Below are positions 25,240-38,719 of a stretch of DNA of 64,000 nucleotides, piece after piece. The DNA is taken from positions 78,616,001 through 78,680,000 of the forward strand of contig NC_091287.1 in NCBI RefSeq assembly GCF_032444005.1, in the 5' to 3' direction. How positions within the stretch are numbered: the stretch's first letter is position 1; each line of letters opens with the position of its first letter. Made by a program: the position numbers and the translations under genes. The notes under the pieces are model-generated. The model was not told the DNA's origin and ran no database searches. It saw only the letters and a list, made by a program, of their open reading frames with translations. This stretch comes from Ranitomeya imitator. Taxonomy: Eukaryota.

Positions 25240-25550
25240 TAGTAATGAGCGAGTGAGCTCGTTATTCGAGATTTCCGAGCATGCTCGGGTGGTCTCAGAA
25301 TATATTGGGCGTGCTCGAAGATTTTGTTTGTGTTGCCGCAGCTGCATTATTTGCGGCTGCTAGACAGCCTGAACACATGTGGGGATTCCCTAACAAACAG
25401 GCAATCCCCACAAGTATTCAGGCTGTCTAGCAGCTGCAAATCATGCAGCTGCGGCGACAAAAACTAAATTTCTGAACACGCCCAAAATACTCAGAGATCA
25501 CCAGAGCATGCTCGGAAATCTCAAGTAACGAGCACACTTGCTCATAACTA
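25240..25550. mobile_element. hAT-type palindromic MITE (same family as 22575)
   Basis: 8-bp TSD CTAACAAT on both sides; TIRs TAGTAATGAGC/GCTCATAACTA. Confidence 0.85.
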
Positions 25551-25879
25551 CTAACAATCCTTTTCAGAATATATTGTAATTATTATAATTGATGATGAAG
25601 CCTCCAATCAATGGGACCTCCATGATCATGTGGACAGCAAACTGAGAAAGGGTTGGGTTCAATATAAACACTTCTTTAAGGCAGGGGGTACACACGTCAG
25701 AAAACGTTATGGATTTTGTGTGTGGATTAACCTTGGTAAAATTCCACAAGTTTCAAGTATCCAATATGTGAAATACATTTCATCTGCGAGCTATGGATTT
25801 ATCCTGCAAAAACATCCAAAATAAATGTACCCCAAAACATAAAAATTAATTTGAAGACAATTGCTTCTTTTTGAAAATA

Positions 25880-27445
25880 ATGAGTTATCAGAAAATGAAC
25901 TATTATTTAAATTTGTTATAAACATGTTTATTTCCATTGTGTGTATTGGAACAACACAAAAAAGCAGAGTAACAAAAAAGGCAAATTGGACATAATTTCA
26001 CACAAAACCCCAAAAATGGGCTGAACAAAATTGTTGGCACCCTCAACTTAATATTTGGTTGCGCACCCTTTGGTATAAATAACTGCAATTAATCACCTTC
26101 TATAACTATCAACAAGCTTCTTACATCTCTTAACTGGAATTTTGGACCACTCTTCTTTTGTAAACTACTCCAGGTCTCTCACGTTTGAAGGATCATTTCT
26201 CCCAACAGCAATTTTAATATCTCTCCACAGGTGTTCAATGGGATTTAGATCTGGACTCATTGTTGGCCACTTCAGAACTCTCCAGCGCTTTGCTTCCATC
26301 CATTTCTGGGAGATTCATGAAGTATATTTGAGGTCATTGTCCAGCTGGAAAAACCATGTCCTAAGACGTAAAACCAGATTTCTGACACTGGGCACTACAT
26401 TGCAACCCAAAATCCTTTAGTAATCTTCAGATTTCATGATGCCTTGCACACAGTCAAGGCACCCAGTGCTAGATGCGTCAAAACAACCCCAAAACATATT
26501 TTAACCTCCACCATATTTGACTGTAGGGACTGCCTTCCTTTCTTTGTACACATCATTCAGTTTTTGGTGAACAGCAGAATGATGTGCTTTACCATAAAGC
26601 TTTATCTTGGTCTCATCTGTCCATGAGACTATTTCCCGAGAAAGGATTTTGACTTACTAACGTACATTTTGGCAAACTGCAGTCTAACATTTTTAGGTCT
26701 CGGCATCAGCAATGGGGTGCTCCCGGGTCTCCTTCCGTAGTGCTTCATTTAATTCAAATGTCAACAGATAGTTCTTGCTGACACTGGTGCACACTGAGAC
26801 CTCAGAACAACTTGAATTTGGGGCTGTTTATCCACCATTCGGACTATCCTGGGATGCAACCTTTCATCAATTTTTCTCTGCCATCCGCATCAAGAGAGAT
26901 TAGCTACAGTGCCATGGGTTGTAAACTTCTTGATTGTGTTGCACACTGAACACAAAGGAACATCTTGATGTCTGGAGATGGACTTGTAACTTTGAGATTG
27001 TTGATACTGCTCAACAATTTTCTTTCTCAAGTTCTCAAACAGTTCTCTTCCCCTCTTTCTGTTCTCCATGCTTAGTATAGCACACACAGACACCCAATGA
27101 AAAGACTGAGTCAACTTCTCCCTTTTTAATCTGGTTTCAGGTGATTTTCATATTGCCCACAATTGTTACTTGCCATCGGTGAGTTTGAACAATCATCACA
27201 TGCTTGAAACAAAGTTGTTCACCCACAATTTTGGAAAGACTCCAATAATTTTGTCCAGCCTATTTTTAAGGTTTTGCTTGAAATGATGTCCACTTTGCTT
27301 TTTTTTCTGTGTTTTTTTGTGTTGTTCCAATACATACAAAGGAAACAAAGTTTATAACAAGACATGTGTAATTGCAATAATTTTCTGGAAAATACTTCAT
27401 TTTCTGGAACAATTTCAAGGGCAGCAACACTTTCAGCAATGACTG
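25880..27445 (-). mobile_element. Tc1 transposon relic
   Basis: N-terminal HTH remnant MENRKRGREL...YKSISR...TVANL (26890-27114); TIR ending GACTG|TA; left boundary approximate. Confidence 0.8.
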
Positions 27446-28738
27446 TATGCTATGTTAATGTATTTTTTTATTCATTCGTATAACTATATTTTAGCATTTT
27501 TCACATCAACATCTATATTAACCCCTTCACGAACGATGGAGTCTATTTACGTCATCGGCTGTGTCTCTGCCTTTGATGAGGGTTCTAGTGCAGAGCCCAA
27601 ATCTTTGCAGGCTGATTTAATCCAAGTTCCACCCACGGCTGTTAACCAGTTAAATGCCGCAGTCACTGACAGTGGCATTTAACAAGCGCCAGCATGAAGC
27701 ACATCACAAACCCCGCCCATCGACACCCTTCACGTGATTGCAGATCGCAGATTGGTTGTCATGACAGCTGGGGGTCTGTATAAGACCCTTGAGCTTGTCA
27801 TCCCAATGCTGGTTTGTGGCCAGCGTTTATAAGAGATTGGTAGATTGGAGATCGATAGATAGTTAAAAAAAGACAACAAAAAGGATGAAAAATACAATTA
27901 ACATAAAAACCTGATTTAAACCAAAGGTCATTTTCTGATGACATACTCCATTTAATGAATGTTCAAGTCGTTAGCCACTAAAGGATTGTTTTTTTTTACT
28001 ACACTAATCTATATACCTGTCTACATATATTATACCTTTCCATAAATGTAATAAGTGTAAGGCTACATCAAAGAAGTCTCCTCTGAAAGCCGTCTACACA
28101 GATAAATTGGAACTTTAAATTACACATATTGCTAGACACTTAGAGATGTGTTTTTACACTTCCAGAGCTGAACTAAACTGTACCCGATAACACTTTACTG
28201 TGGATTTAATTATCATATAGCAAGTTCTAGAAAACCATACATACAATGAATTATAGTAATCTTGACAACATTCGAAAATAGCAGCTATTTCACATAACAT
28301 TCATCTAACTACACCGAACTGCTGCAGGTGCTTCGCAAATAAATTCTGTGTCACACTACATAAAACCTGAAACCATAACATCTATACATTACATCTTAAA
28401 AAGGGATTTAAATCCTACTAAAAACATAGTTTTAGGATTACAGTTGAATAGTCGTATCCGTATACAGTTATACTCAGATGAAGATCCGTATAGTAAGGGT
28501 AAGTTCACACAGGGTGGTTTTGATGCGTTTTTTCTGCAACAAAACATGATCATCTTGACTGGAAGGAAGCTGCACCAAAAACGCAGGTTTTGGTGCATTT
28601 TTGGTATGTTTTTTTCATGTGTTTTTTTTTCCTCTTTGTGCATACCAATAAAGTTGAGTGCACACAGAGAACAAAAATACAACTTCCTGTAGATAGAATG
28701 AATAGATAGAATAGATAGATTGATAGAATGAATAGATA

Positions 28739-31700
28739 CAGTGCCTTGCGAAAGTATTCGGGCCCCTGAAACTTTTCAACCTTTTCCCACATATCATGCT
28801 TCAAACATAAAGATACCAAATGTAAATTTATGGCGAAGAATCAACAACAAGTGGAACACAATTGTGAAGTTGAACGAAACTTATTGTTTATGTTAAATTT
28901 CTGTGGAAATTCAAAAACTGAAAAGTGGGGCGTGCAATATTATTCGGCCCCTTTAACTTAATACTTTGTTGCACCACCTTTTGCTGCAATTACAGCTGCA
29001 AGTCGCTTGCGGTATGTCTCTATCAGTTTTGTATATCAAGATACTGAAATTCTTGCCCATTCTTCCTTGGCAAACAGCTCGAGCTCAGTAAGGTTTGATG
29101 GAGATCGTTTGTGAACAACAGTTTTCAGCTCTTTCCACAGATTTTCGATTGGATCGAGGTCTGGACTTTGACTTGGCCATTCTAACACCTGGATACGTTT
29201 ATTTGTGAACCATTCCATTGTAGATTTTGCTTTATGTTTGGGATATTTTCTTGTTGGAAGACAAATCTCCGTCCCAGTCTCAGGTCTTTTGCAGACTCCA
29301 ACAGGTTTTCTTCAAGAATGGTCCTGTATTTGGCTCTATCCATCTACCCATCAATTTTAACCATCTTCCCTATCCCTGATGAAGAAAAGCAGGCCCAAAC
29401 CATGATGCTGCCACCACAATGTTTGACAGTGGGGATGGTGTGTTCAGGGTGATGAGCTGTGTTGCCTTTACGACAAACATATCGTTTGTCATTGTTGCCA
29501 AAAAGTTTGATTTTGGTTTCATCTGACCAGAGCACCTTCTACCACATGTTTTGTGTTTCTCCCAGGTGGCTTGTTTAACAACACTTTAAACAACACTTTT
29601 TATGGATATCTTTGAGAAATGGCTTTCTTCTTGCCAATCTTCCATAAAGGCCAGATTTGTGCAGTGTACGACTGATTGTTGTCCTATGGACAGACTGTTC
29701 CACCTCAGCTGTAGATCTCTGCAGTTCATCCAGAGAGATCATGGGCCTCTTGGCTGCATCGCTGATCAGTCTTCTCCTTGTTTGAGATGAAAGTACAGAG
29801 GGACGGCCGGGTCTTGGTAGATTTGCAGTGGTATGATACTCCTTCCATTTCAATATGATCGCTTGCACAGTGCTCCTTGGGATGTTTAAAGTTTTGGAAA
29901 TCATTTTGTATCCAAAACCGGCTTTTAACTTCTCCACAACAGTATCATGGACCTGCCTGTTGTTTTCCTTGGTCTTCATGATGCTCTCTATGCGTCAAAC
30001 ACAACCCTGAGACTATTACGGAGCAGGTGCATTTAAACGGAGACTTGATTACACACAGGTGGATTATATTTATCATCATTAGGCATTAAGGACAACATTG
30101 GATCATTCAGATATCCACAATGAATTTCTGAAGTGTGTTTGCTGCACTGAAAGTAAAGGGGGAGGGGCCGAATAATATTGCATGCCCCATTTTTCAGTTT
30201 CTGACCCATTTCTGCCATTAAACGTACTATTCCGTCCATGTGACCCAGGCCCTACTTCCCATGAACGGAATAGTACGTCAAAGGCGATCGGCCATGCTCA
30301 CGGGGGGAGCGTGGCCGATCGCCGCCGGGTGTCAGCTGACATCCGGCACTACGTGCCAGGAGGGGTCACGGACCGCTCCCAGCACATTAACCCCCGGAAC
30401 ACTGCGATCAAACATAATCGCAGCGTTCCGGCGGCATAGGGAATAATCGCGCAGAGAGGGGGCTCCCTGAGTGCTTCCCTGAGACCCTCGGAACAACGCG
30501 AAGTGATCGCGTTGTTCAGAGGGTCTCCTACGTCCTCCTCCCTGCAGGCCCCGGATCCAAAATGGCCGCGGGGCTCCTTCTGGTTCCTGCAGGGAGGTGG
30601 CCTGCAAACCTGGAGCACTGCCTGTCAGATCGCTGATCTGACAGTGCTTTGCAAAGTGTCAGATCAGTGATCTGACAATATATAGTGATGTCCCACCCTG
30701 GGATCAAATAAAAAAAAAAAAATTTACATGTGTAAAAAAAATAAATTCCTAAATAATAAAAAAAAAATATTGTTCCAATAAATACATTTCTTTATCTAAA
30801 TAAAAACAAACAAACATAAAAGTACATATACTTAGTATTGCCGCGTCCGTAACGACCCGACCTATAAAACTGTTCCACTAGTTAACCCCTTCAGTGAACA
30901 CCGTAAAAAAAAAAGAGGCAAAAAAAACAACGCTTTATTATCATACCGCCGAACAAAAAGTGGAATAACACGCGATCAAAAAGATGGATATAAATAACCA
31001 TGGTACCGCTGAAAATGTCATCTTGTCCCACAAAAAACGAGCCGCCGCACAGCATCATCAGCGAAAAAATAAAAAAGTTACAGTCCTCAGAATAACGCGA
31101 TGCAAAAATAATTATTTTTAATAGAAAATAGTTTTTATCGTACAAAAGTGCCAAAACATAAAAAAATTATATAAATGTGGTATCGCTGTAATCGTACTCA
31201 CCCGAAGAATAAAACTGCTTCATCAATTTCATCAAACGTGGAACAGTATAAACGCCTCCCCCCCGCCCCCCCCCAAAGAAATTCATGAATAGTTGGTTTT
31301 TGGACATTCTGCCTCACAAAAATTGGAATAAAAACCGAGCAAAAACGTCACCTGCCAGAAAATGGTACCAATGAAAACGTCAACTCGTCCTGCAAAAAAC
31401 AAGACCTCACATCACTCTGTGGACCAAAATATGGAAAAATTATAGCTCTCAAAATGTGGTGACGCAAAAACTATTTTTTACAATAAAAAGCGTCTTTTAG
31501 TGTGTGACAGCTACCAATCATAAAAATCCGTAAAATGTATTTATTCCCATTTTCCTATTAGGGTTAGGGTTGGGGCTACAGTTAGGGTTAGGGTTGGGGC
31601 TAAAGTTAGGGTTAGGGTTAAAGTTAGGGTTGGTGCTAAAGTTAGGGTTAGGGTTAAAGTTAGGGTTGGTGCTAAAGTTAGGGTTGGGGCTACAGCTAGG

Positions 31701-33386
31701 GTTGGGGCTACAGCTAGGTTTGGGGCTACAGCTAGGTTTGGGGCTACAGCTAGGGTTGGGGCTACAGCTAGGGTTGGGGATACAGCTAGGGTTGGGGCTA
31801 CATTTACGGTGGGATTAGGGTTGCGATTAGGGTTAGGGGTGTATCAGAGTTAGGTGTGTGGTTAGGGTTATGGTTGGGATTAGGGTTAGGGGTGTGTTGG
31901 AGTTAGCGGTGTGGTTAGGGTTGGGATTAGGGGTGTGTTGGGGTTAGGGGTGTGGTTGGGATTAGGGTTAGGGGCATGTTCGGGATAGGGGTGTGGCTAG
32001 GGTTGGGATTAGAGTTAAGGGTGTGTTTGGGTTAGGGTTTCAGTTAGAATTGGGGGGTTTCCACTGTTTAGGCACATCAGGGGCTCTCCAAACGCGACAT
32101 CGTGTCCGATCTCAATTCCAGCCAATTCTGCGTTGAAAAAGTAAAACAGTGCTCCTTCCCTTCCATGATCTCCCATGCGCCAAAACAGGGGTTTACCCCA
32201 ACACATAGGGTATCAGCGTACTCAGAACAAATTGGACAACAACTTTTGGGGTCCAATTTCTCTGGTTACCCTTGGGAAAATAAAAATTTGTGGGGCTAAA
32301 AAATGAATTTTTATTTTCACGGCTCTGTGTTATAAACTGTAGTGAAACACTTGGGAGTTCAACGTTCTCACAACACATCTAGATAAGTTCCTTAGGGGGT
32401 CTACTTTCCAAAATGGTGTCACTTGTGGGGGGTTTCAATGTTTCCGCACATCAGGGGCTCTCCAAACGCGACATGGTGTCCTATCCCAATTCCAGTCAAT
32501 TTTGCATTGAAAAGTCAAACGGCGCTCCTTCCCTTCCGAGCTCTGCCAAGCACCCAAACAGTGGTTTACTCCCACATATGGGGTATCAGCATACTCAGAA
32601 CAAATTGTACAACAACTTTTGGGGTCCATTTTGTAAAATAAAACAAATTGGAGCTGAAGAAAATGTTTTTTGAAAAAAAGTTAAATGTTTTTTTAAACAT
32701 TCCAAAAATTCCTGTGAAATACCTGAAGGGTTAATAAACTTCTTGAATGTGGTTTTGAGCACCTTGAGGCGTGCAGTTTTTATAATGGTGTCACATTGGG
32801 GTATTTTCTATCATATAGACCCCCTCAAAGTGACCTCAAATGTGATGTACGGTAGTCCCTAAAAAAAAAAATGGTGTTGTAAAAATGAGAAATTGCTGGT
32901 CAACTTTTATCCCTTATAACTCCCTAACAAAAAAAGTTGGTTCCAAAATTGTGCTGATGTAAACTAGGCATGTGGGAAATGTTACTTATTAAGTATTTTG
33001 TTTGACGTATCTCTGTGATTTAAGGGCAAAAAAAATCAAAGTTGGAAAATTGCGAAATTTTCAAAATTTTTGCAAAATTTCCTTTTTTTTTTTTCACAAA
33101 AAATGCAGGTAGTATCAAAGAAATTTTACCACTATCATGAAGTACAATATGTCACAGTGGTCAGAATTGTAAAAATTGGCCCGGTCATTAACGTGCAAGC
33201 CACCCTTGGGGGGTTAAGGGGTTAAAATAACCAATAAACTTTGATCAACTTCACAATTATGTTCCACTTGTTGCTGATTCTTCCCCAAAAAATTACATTT
33301 GGTATCTTTATGTTTGAAGCATGATATGTGGGAAAAGGTTGAAAAGTTCAAGGGGGGGGGGGGGCGAATACTTTTGCAAGGCACTG
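28739..33386 (-). mobile_element. Tc1 transposon with frameshifted transposase, interrupted by a piggyBac-like element
   Basis: TA|CAGTGCCTTGC...GCAAGGCACTG|TA; ORFs 29575-29979 (HTH, GRP, ARRKP), 29344-29535 (WSDETK), 29036-29218 ([11 protein letters not shown]). Confidence 0.92.
30203..33221 (-). mobile_element. Non-autonomous piggyBac-like element (same family as 17456-20718)
   Basis: AAGGGG|TTAA end at 33221; reverse complement of the 17.5-20.7 kb element; (GGGTTA)-like array at ~31560-32050; left end eroded. Confidence 0.8.
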
Positions 33387-34814
33387 TAGATTGATAAAAT
33401 AGATAGAATGAATAGAAACAATGAATAGATAGAATAGATAGATTGATAGAATAGATAGAATGAATAGATAGCTTGATAGAATAGAATAGGATAGAATAGA
33501 TACATTACCTGCTGTATCCTTTTCCTCTGCATTTTCCCACGGTGTAGCGGTCACCTCCGGTCAGGCAGTGAGGGAGCGCAGGCTCAGTGACATCAAAGCT
33601 CATTACTCAAAGCTTTGGAATGGCAGAACAATAAAAAGATAGTCAAAACTGTGTGGTGTTTTATTACATTAAAATACTTTTTTCTGCATGTGTGTGTGTG
33701 CTTATTTAACCCTTTAGTTACTATAGGATTAGTAATGGATAGTTGTCTTATTGACGCCTCTCCATTACAATAGCAAGGTGACATTAACCCCTTATTACCC
33801 CGCTTGACACCGTTACAGGGCAAGTGGGAAGAGATGGGCAAAGGGCCAGAATTGGTGCACCTAATAGATGAGCCTTTTCTGGGCAGCTGCGGGCTGCTAT
33901 TTTTAGGCTGGGCGGACCTATATCAATGGCCCCTTACCAGCCTGAGAATACCAGCCCCCAACTGTGAGCTTTAGCAAGGCTGGTTGTCAAAAATTGGGGG
34001 GACCCCATGCCGTTTTTTTAAATTATTTATTTAAATCATTTTTTTTACAAAAGCGTGACGACCCCTCTATTTTTGATAACTAGCCTTGCTGAAGCTGACA
34101 GCAGGGGGTTGCAGCCCCCCAGATGTGAGTTTTGTCTGGTTATCAAGATTAGGAGGGAACACTCGCCGTTTTTTTTTTTTTTATTTAATTTTTTATTTAT
34201 AGCGCAGGAGCGGCAGATGAATACTCCCATCCGCCGCACCTGCTGTCACTGTACTTAGCGGCGGTCGGTGTCAAATGATGGGATCAGTTGTCCCATCAGC
34301 TGACACCAGTGATCGGAGGTGAGTTTACACCTCCGATCCCAGCTGAGCGTTCCCAGCTGTCAGGAGACAGCGGGGAGCCGCGGCTCTCTGACCAGCGGGG
34401 AGGATTTCCTCGCCGATCAGAAGTGGTGTTTGCCGCGCTATCATGGATATGACAGCGTGTCAAACACTAATGTTGGACCCCCCAATCAAGTGAATGGGGG
34501 TCCACTGCTGGATGACAGGCTGCATGGACGCATCATGCAGCCTGCTATCTAGATGTAGCAGAGCCGAGTGTCACGTCACATCGGGCTGTCCTTGACTTTT
34601 CTGCAGCAAATACGCTGCAAGAAAAGTCAACCTAGCGTATTTGCAGCGTTTTTTCACCCCCCATTCAAGTCAATGGGTGAAAAATGCTGAGAAAAACGTT
34701 GAAAGAAGTGACATGACCAAAAAAACGCTGCAAAGCACACAATACTGATCAAACAAAAACCCAATGTGTGTGCATGAGATTTCTGAAATCACATTGGCTT
34801 TGCTGGTACTGTTA

Positions 34815-35171
34815 GGCTATGTGCACACGTATTCTATGTCCACTGCGGATTATTCTGCAGCGGATTTCAGCAGATTTGATAAATCTGCAGTGGAAAAACG
34901 CTGCGGATTTATCGAGGTTTTTCTGCGGTTTTACAACTGCGGTTTTCCACAGGGGCAGTTGTTAAACCGCTGCGGAATCCGCAGAAAGAAGTGACATGCT
35001 GCGGAATGTAAACCGCTGCATTTCCGCGCGTTTTTTCTGCGGCATGTGCACATCGTTTTTGGTTTCCCATAGGTTTACATTGAACTGTAATCGCATGGGA
35101 AACTGCTGCGGATCCACCACTGCGGAAACGCTGCGGATCCGCAGCAAAATCCGCATCGTGTGCACATAGCC
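34815..35171. mobile_element. PIF/Harbinger-type MITE
   Basis: GGCTATGTGCACACG/CGTGTGCACATAGCC TIRs; repeated CCGCAG/CTGCGG motifs. Confidence 0.7.
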
Positions 35172-35456
35172 CAAGAAGCAGCTGAACATTAGCATAAAAA
35201 ACAGCAAAAACGCCCTGTGTAAACTTACCCTAAAAGTTAATTTTTTTTCCCCTTCTGATTTAGAAGGGCTTTTACACTACTGGACAACCTCTTATTAATT
35301 GCTTAACCCCTTAGTGACAGAGCCAATTTGGTACTTAATGACCAGGCCAATTTTTGCAATTCTGACCACTGTCACTTTATGAGGTTATAACTCTGGAACG
35401 CTTCAACGGATCCCGCTGATTCTGAGATTGTTTTTTCGTGACATATTGTACTTCAT

Positions 35457-36812
35457 CAGACAAAAGAAGGGGGGGGAGAAAAAAGCCCATGCATAAATAT
35501 GTGCACACCTGCTACAAAGTTTGTGAGAAAATATATAATTTATTAATATGGACACCAAAAAACACAAAATATAAAACCAATTAAAAACAACCACAACCAT
35601 ACACCCTTATACATATGAAAGTATGCAATATACAATATAATACCCTCTGTATTACCAATAAGATGACAATCAATAATTCCATAAGCATATCCCTGAAGGA
35701 TAACAATGTAAGTGTATTATATTATATCAATAGCCAAATACCTGATCCTATATCCAAGAGCAAGATAAGGGCGTCCCCAAATCTGCTCAAAATGATCACA
35801 ACCCATAAAAATATATAGGGAGATGCATAAATAGTTAAATCCCTGCTGAAGTAGAGAAAGAGATGTAAAGCTGCCCCCTAAAGTAGTCGCACCTGTAAGG
35901 TATGCTTCTGGTGCAGGTAGATGGACCTAGGAAATGCTAGATAGACTAAAAATACCAAATGCAAATCAGCATATCCTAGAAGCCACAAGGGCACAGCCAC
36001 CCACGATGAAATAAATCTGCTGGTATGCAGAGTAAAATGGTGTGGGTTCCAGCTCCAGATCAGGGCTCAGAGGGAGTAAAAAGGAAAGAGGGTGTGGGTG
36101 AGTCCCACGCGTATCGCCGCTCCTGGGCGGCTTCGTCATTTTACTCTGCATACCAGCAGGTTTATTTCATCGTGGGTGGCTGTGCCCTTGTGGCTTCTAG
36201 GATATGCTGATTTGCATTTGGTATTTTTAGTCTATCTAGCATTTCCTAGGTCCATCTACCTGCACCAGAAGCATACCTTACAGGTGCGATTACTTTAGGG
36301 GGCAGCTTTACATCTCTTTCTCTACTCCAGCAGGGATTTAACTATTTATGCATCTCCCTATATATTTTTATGGGTTGTGATCATTTTGAGCAGATTTGGG
36401 GACGCCCTTATCTTGTTCTTGGATATAGGATCAGGTATTTGGCTATTGATATAATATAATACACTTACATTGTTATCCTTCAGGGATATGCTTATGGAAT
36501 TATTGATTGTCATCTTATTGGTAATACAGAGGGTATCATATTGTATATTGCATACTTTCATATGTATAAGGGTGTATGGTTGTGGTTGTTTTTAATTGGT
36601 TTTATATTTTGTGTTTTTTGGTGTCCATATTAATAAATTATATATTTTCTCACAAACTTTGTAGCAGGTGTGCACATATTTATGCATGGGCTTTTTTCTC
36701 CCCCCCCTTCTTTTGTCTGATATTGCATATTCCATGCATTTGGTAGCACCCTGCTATACTGATATTAGAATCTTATTATAGTAGTGCGCCTGTTATTCTA
36801 TAGTTGCTGATG
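35457..36812 (+). mobile_element. Non-coding Penelope-like fold-back insertion 2
   Basis: 14-bp TSD ATATTGTACTTCAT at 35443-35456 and 36813-36826; ~585-bp near-identical inverted arms; hammerhead-like motif in the 97-nt loop. Confidence 0.78.
36103..36139 (-). ncRNA. Variant/truncated hammerhead ribozyme motif
   Basis: (A)UGACGA-A-GCCGC(CCAGGA)GCGGC-GAUA-CGCG-UG-GGA; 5-bp stem II and CGCG palindrome, but C3 lost, GAUA instead of GAAA, and G at the cleavage position. Confidence 0.5.
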
Positions 36813-38719
36813 ATATTGTACTTCATGTTAGTGGTAACATTTCTTCGATATTACTTGCGATTATTTATGAAAAAAACGGAAATATGGCGAAAATTTTTAA
36901 AATTTTGCAATTTTCAAACTTTGTATTTTTATGCCCTTAAATCAGAGAGATATGTCATGAAAAATAGTTAATAAATAACATTTCCCACATGTCTACTTTA
37001 CATCAGCACAATTTTGGAAACAAAATTTTTTTTTGTTAGGGAGTTATAAGGGTTAAAAGTTGACCAGCAATTTCTCATTTTTACAGCACCATTTTTTTTT
37101 AGGGACCACATCACATTTGAAGTCATTTTGAGGGGTCTATATGATAGAAAATAATGAAGTGTGACACCATTCTAAAAACTACACCCCTCAAGGTTCTCAA
37201 AACCACATTCAAGAAGTTTATTAACCCTTTAGGTGCTTCACAGGAACTGAAACAATGTGGAAGGAAAAAATGAACATTTAACTTTTTTTTGCAAACATCT
37301 TAATTCAGAACCATTTTTTTTTATTTTCACAAGTGTAAAAACAGAAATGTAACCATAAATTTTGTTATGCAATTTCTCCTGAATACGCCAATACCCCATA
37401 TGTGGGGGTAAACCACTGTTAGGGCGCACCGCAGAACTTAGAAGTGAAGGAGCGCCGTTTGACTTTTTCAATGCAGAATTGGCTGGAATTGAGATCGGAC
37501 ACCATGTCACATTTAGAGAGCCCCTGATGTACCTAAACAGTGGAAACTCCCCACAAGTGACACCATTTTGGAAACTAGACCCCTTAAGGAACTTATCTAG
37601 ATGTGTGGTGAGCACTTTGAACCCCCAAGTGCTTCACAGAAGTTTATAACGTAGAGCCGTGAAAATAAAAAATCGCTTTTGTTTACACAAAAATGATCTT
37701 TTCGCCCACAAATTTTTATTTTCACAAGGGTAACAGGAGAAATTAGACCACTAAAGTTGTTGTGCAATTTCTCCTGAGTACGTCGATACCCAATATGTGG
37801 GGGTAAACCACTGTTTGGGCGCACCGCAGAGCTTGGAAGAGAAAGAGTGCCGTTTTACTTTTTCAATGTAGAATTGGCTGGAATTGAGATCGGACGCCAT
37901 GTCGCGTTTGGAGAGCCCCTGATGTGCCTAAACAGTAGAAATCCCCCACAAGTGACCCCATTTTGGAAACTAGACCCCCCATGGAACTTATCTAGATGTG
38001 TGGTGAGAACCTTGAATGCCCAAGTGCTTCACAGAAGTTTATAATGCAGAGCCGTGAAAATAAAAAAAAAAATTTTTTTCCACAAAAAAGATTTTTTAGC
38101 CCCCAAGTTTTTATTTTCACAAGGGTAACAAGAGAAATTGGACCCCAAAAGTAGTTGTCCAATTTGTCCTGAGTATGCTGGTACCCCATATGTGGGGGTA
38201 AACCACTGTTTGGGCGCACGGCAGAGCTCGGAAGGAAGGAGCACCGTTTTGGAATGCAGAATTTGATAGAATGGTCTGCGGGTATTATGTTGCGTTTGCA
38301 GAGCCCCTGATGTACCTAACCAGTAGAAACCCTCCACAAGTGACCCCATTTTGGAAACTAGACCCCCCAAGGAACTTATCTAGATGTGTGGTGAGAACTT
38401 TGAATGCCCAAGTGCTTCACAGAAGTTTAGAATGCAGAGTGGTGAAAATAAAAAATATTATTTTTTTCCACAAAAAAGATATTGTAGCCCCCAAGTTTTT
38501 ATTTTCACAAGGGTAACAAGAGAAATTGGACCCCAGAAGTTGTTGTCCAATTTATCCCGAGTACGCTGATGCCCCATATGTGGGGGTAACCCACTGTTTG
38601 GGCGCACGGCAGAGCTCAGAAGGGAGGGAGCACCATTTGACTTTTTGAGCGCAAAATTGGCTGTCGTATTTGGAGACCCCCTGATGTACCTAAACAGTGG
38701 AAACCCCCCAATTCTAGCT

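Larger units (their letters stand above)
28497..35230. mobile_element. PIF/Harbinger-type non-autonomous element hosting nested insertions
   Basis: TAA|GGGTAAGTTCACACAGGG ... CCCTGTGTAAACTTACCC|TAA. Confidence 0.7.

Noticed and set aside
31570-31818. Leu-Gly-rich ORF, and similar ORFs at 38931-39924
   Set aside because: Translation of the GGGTTA-like array; several also run through the N gap
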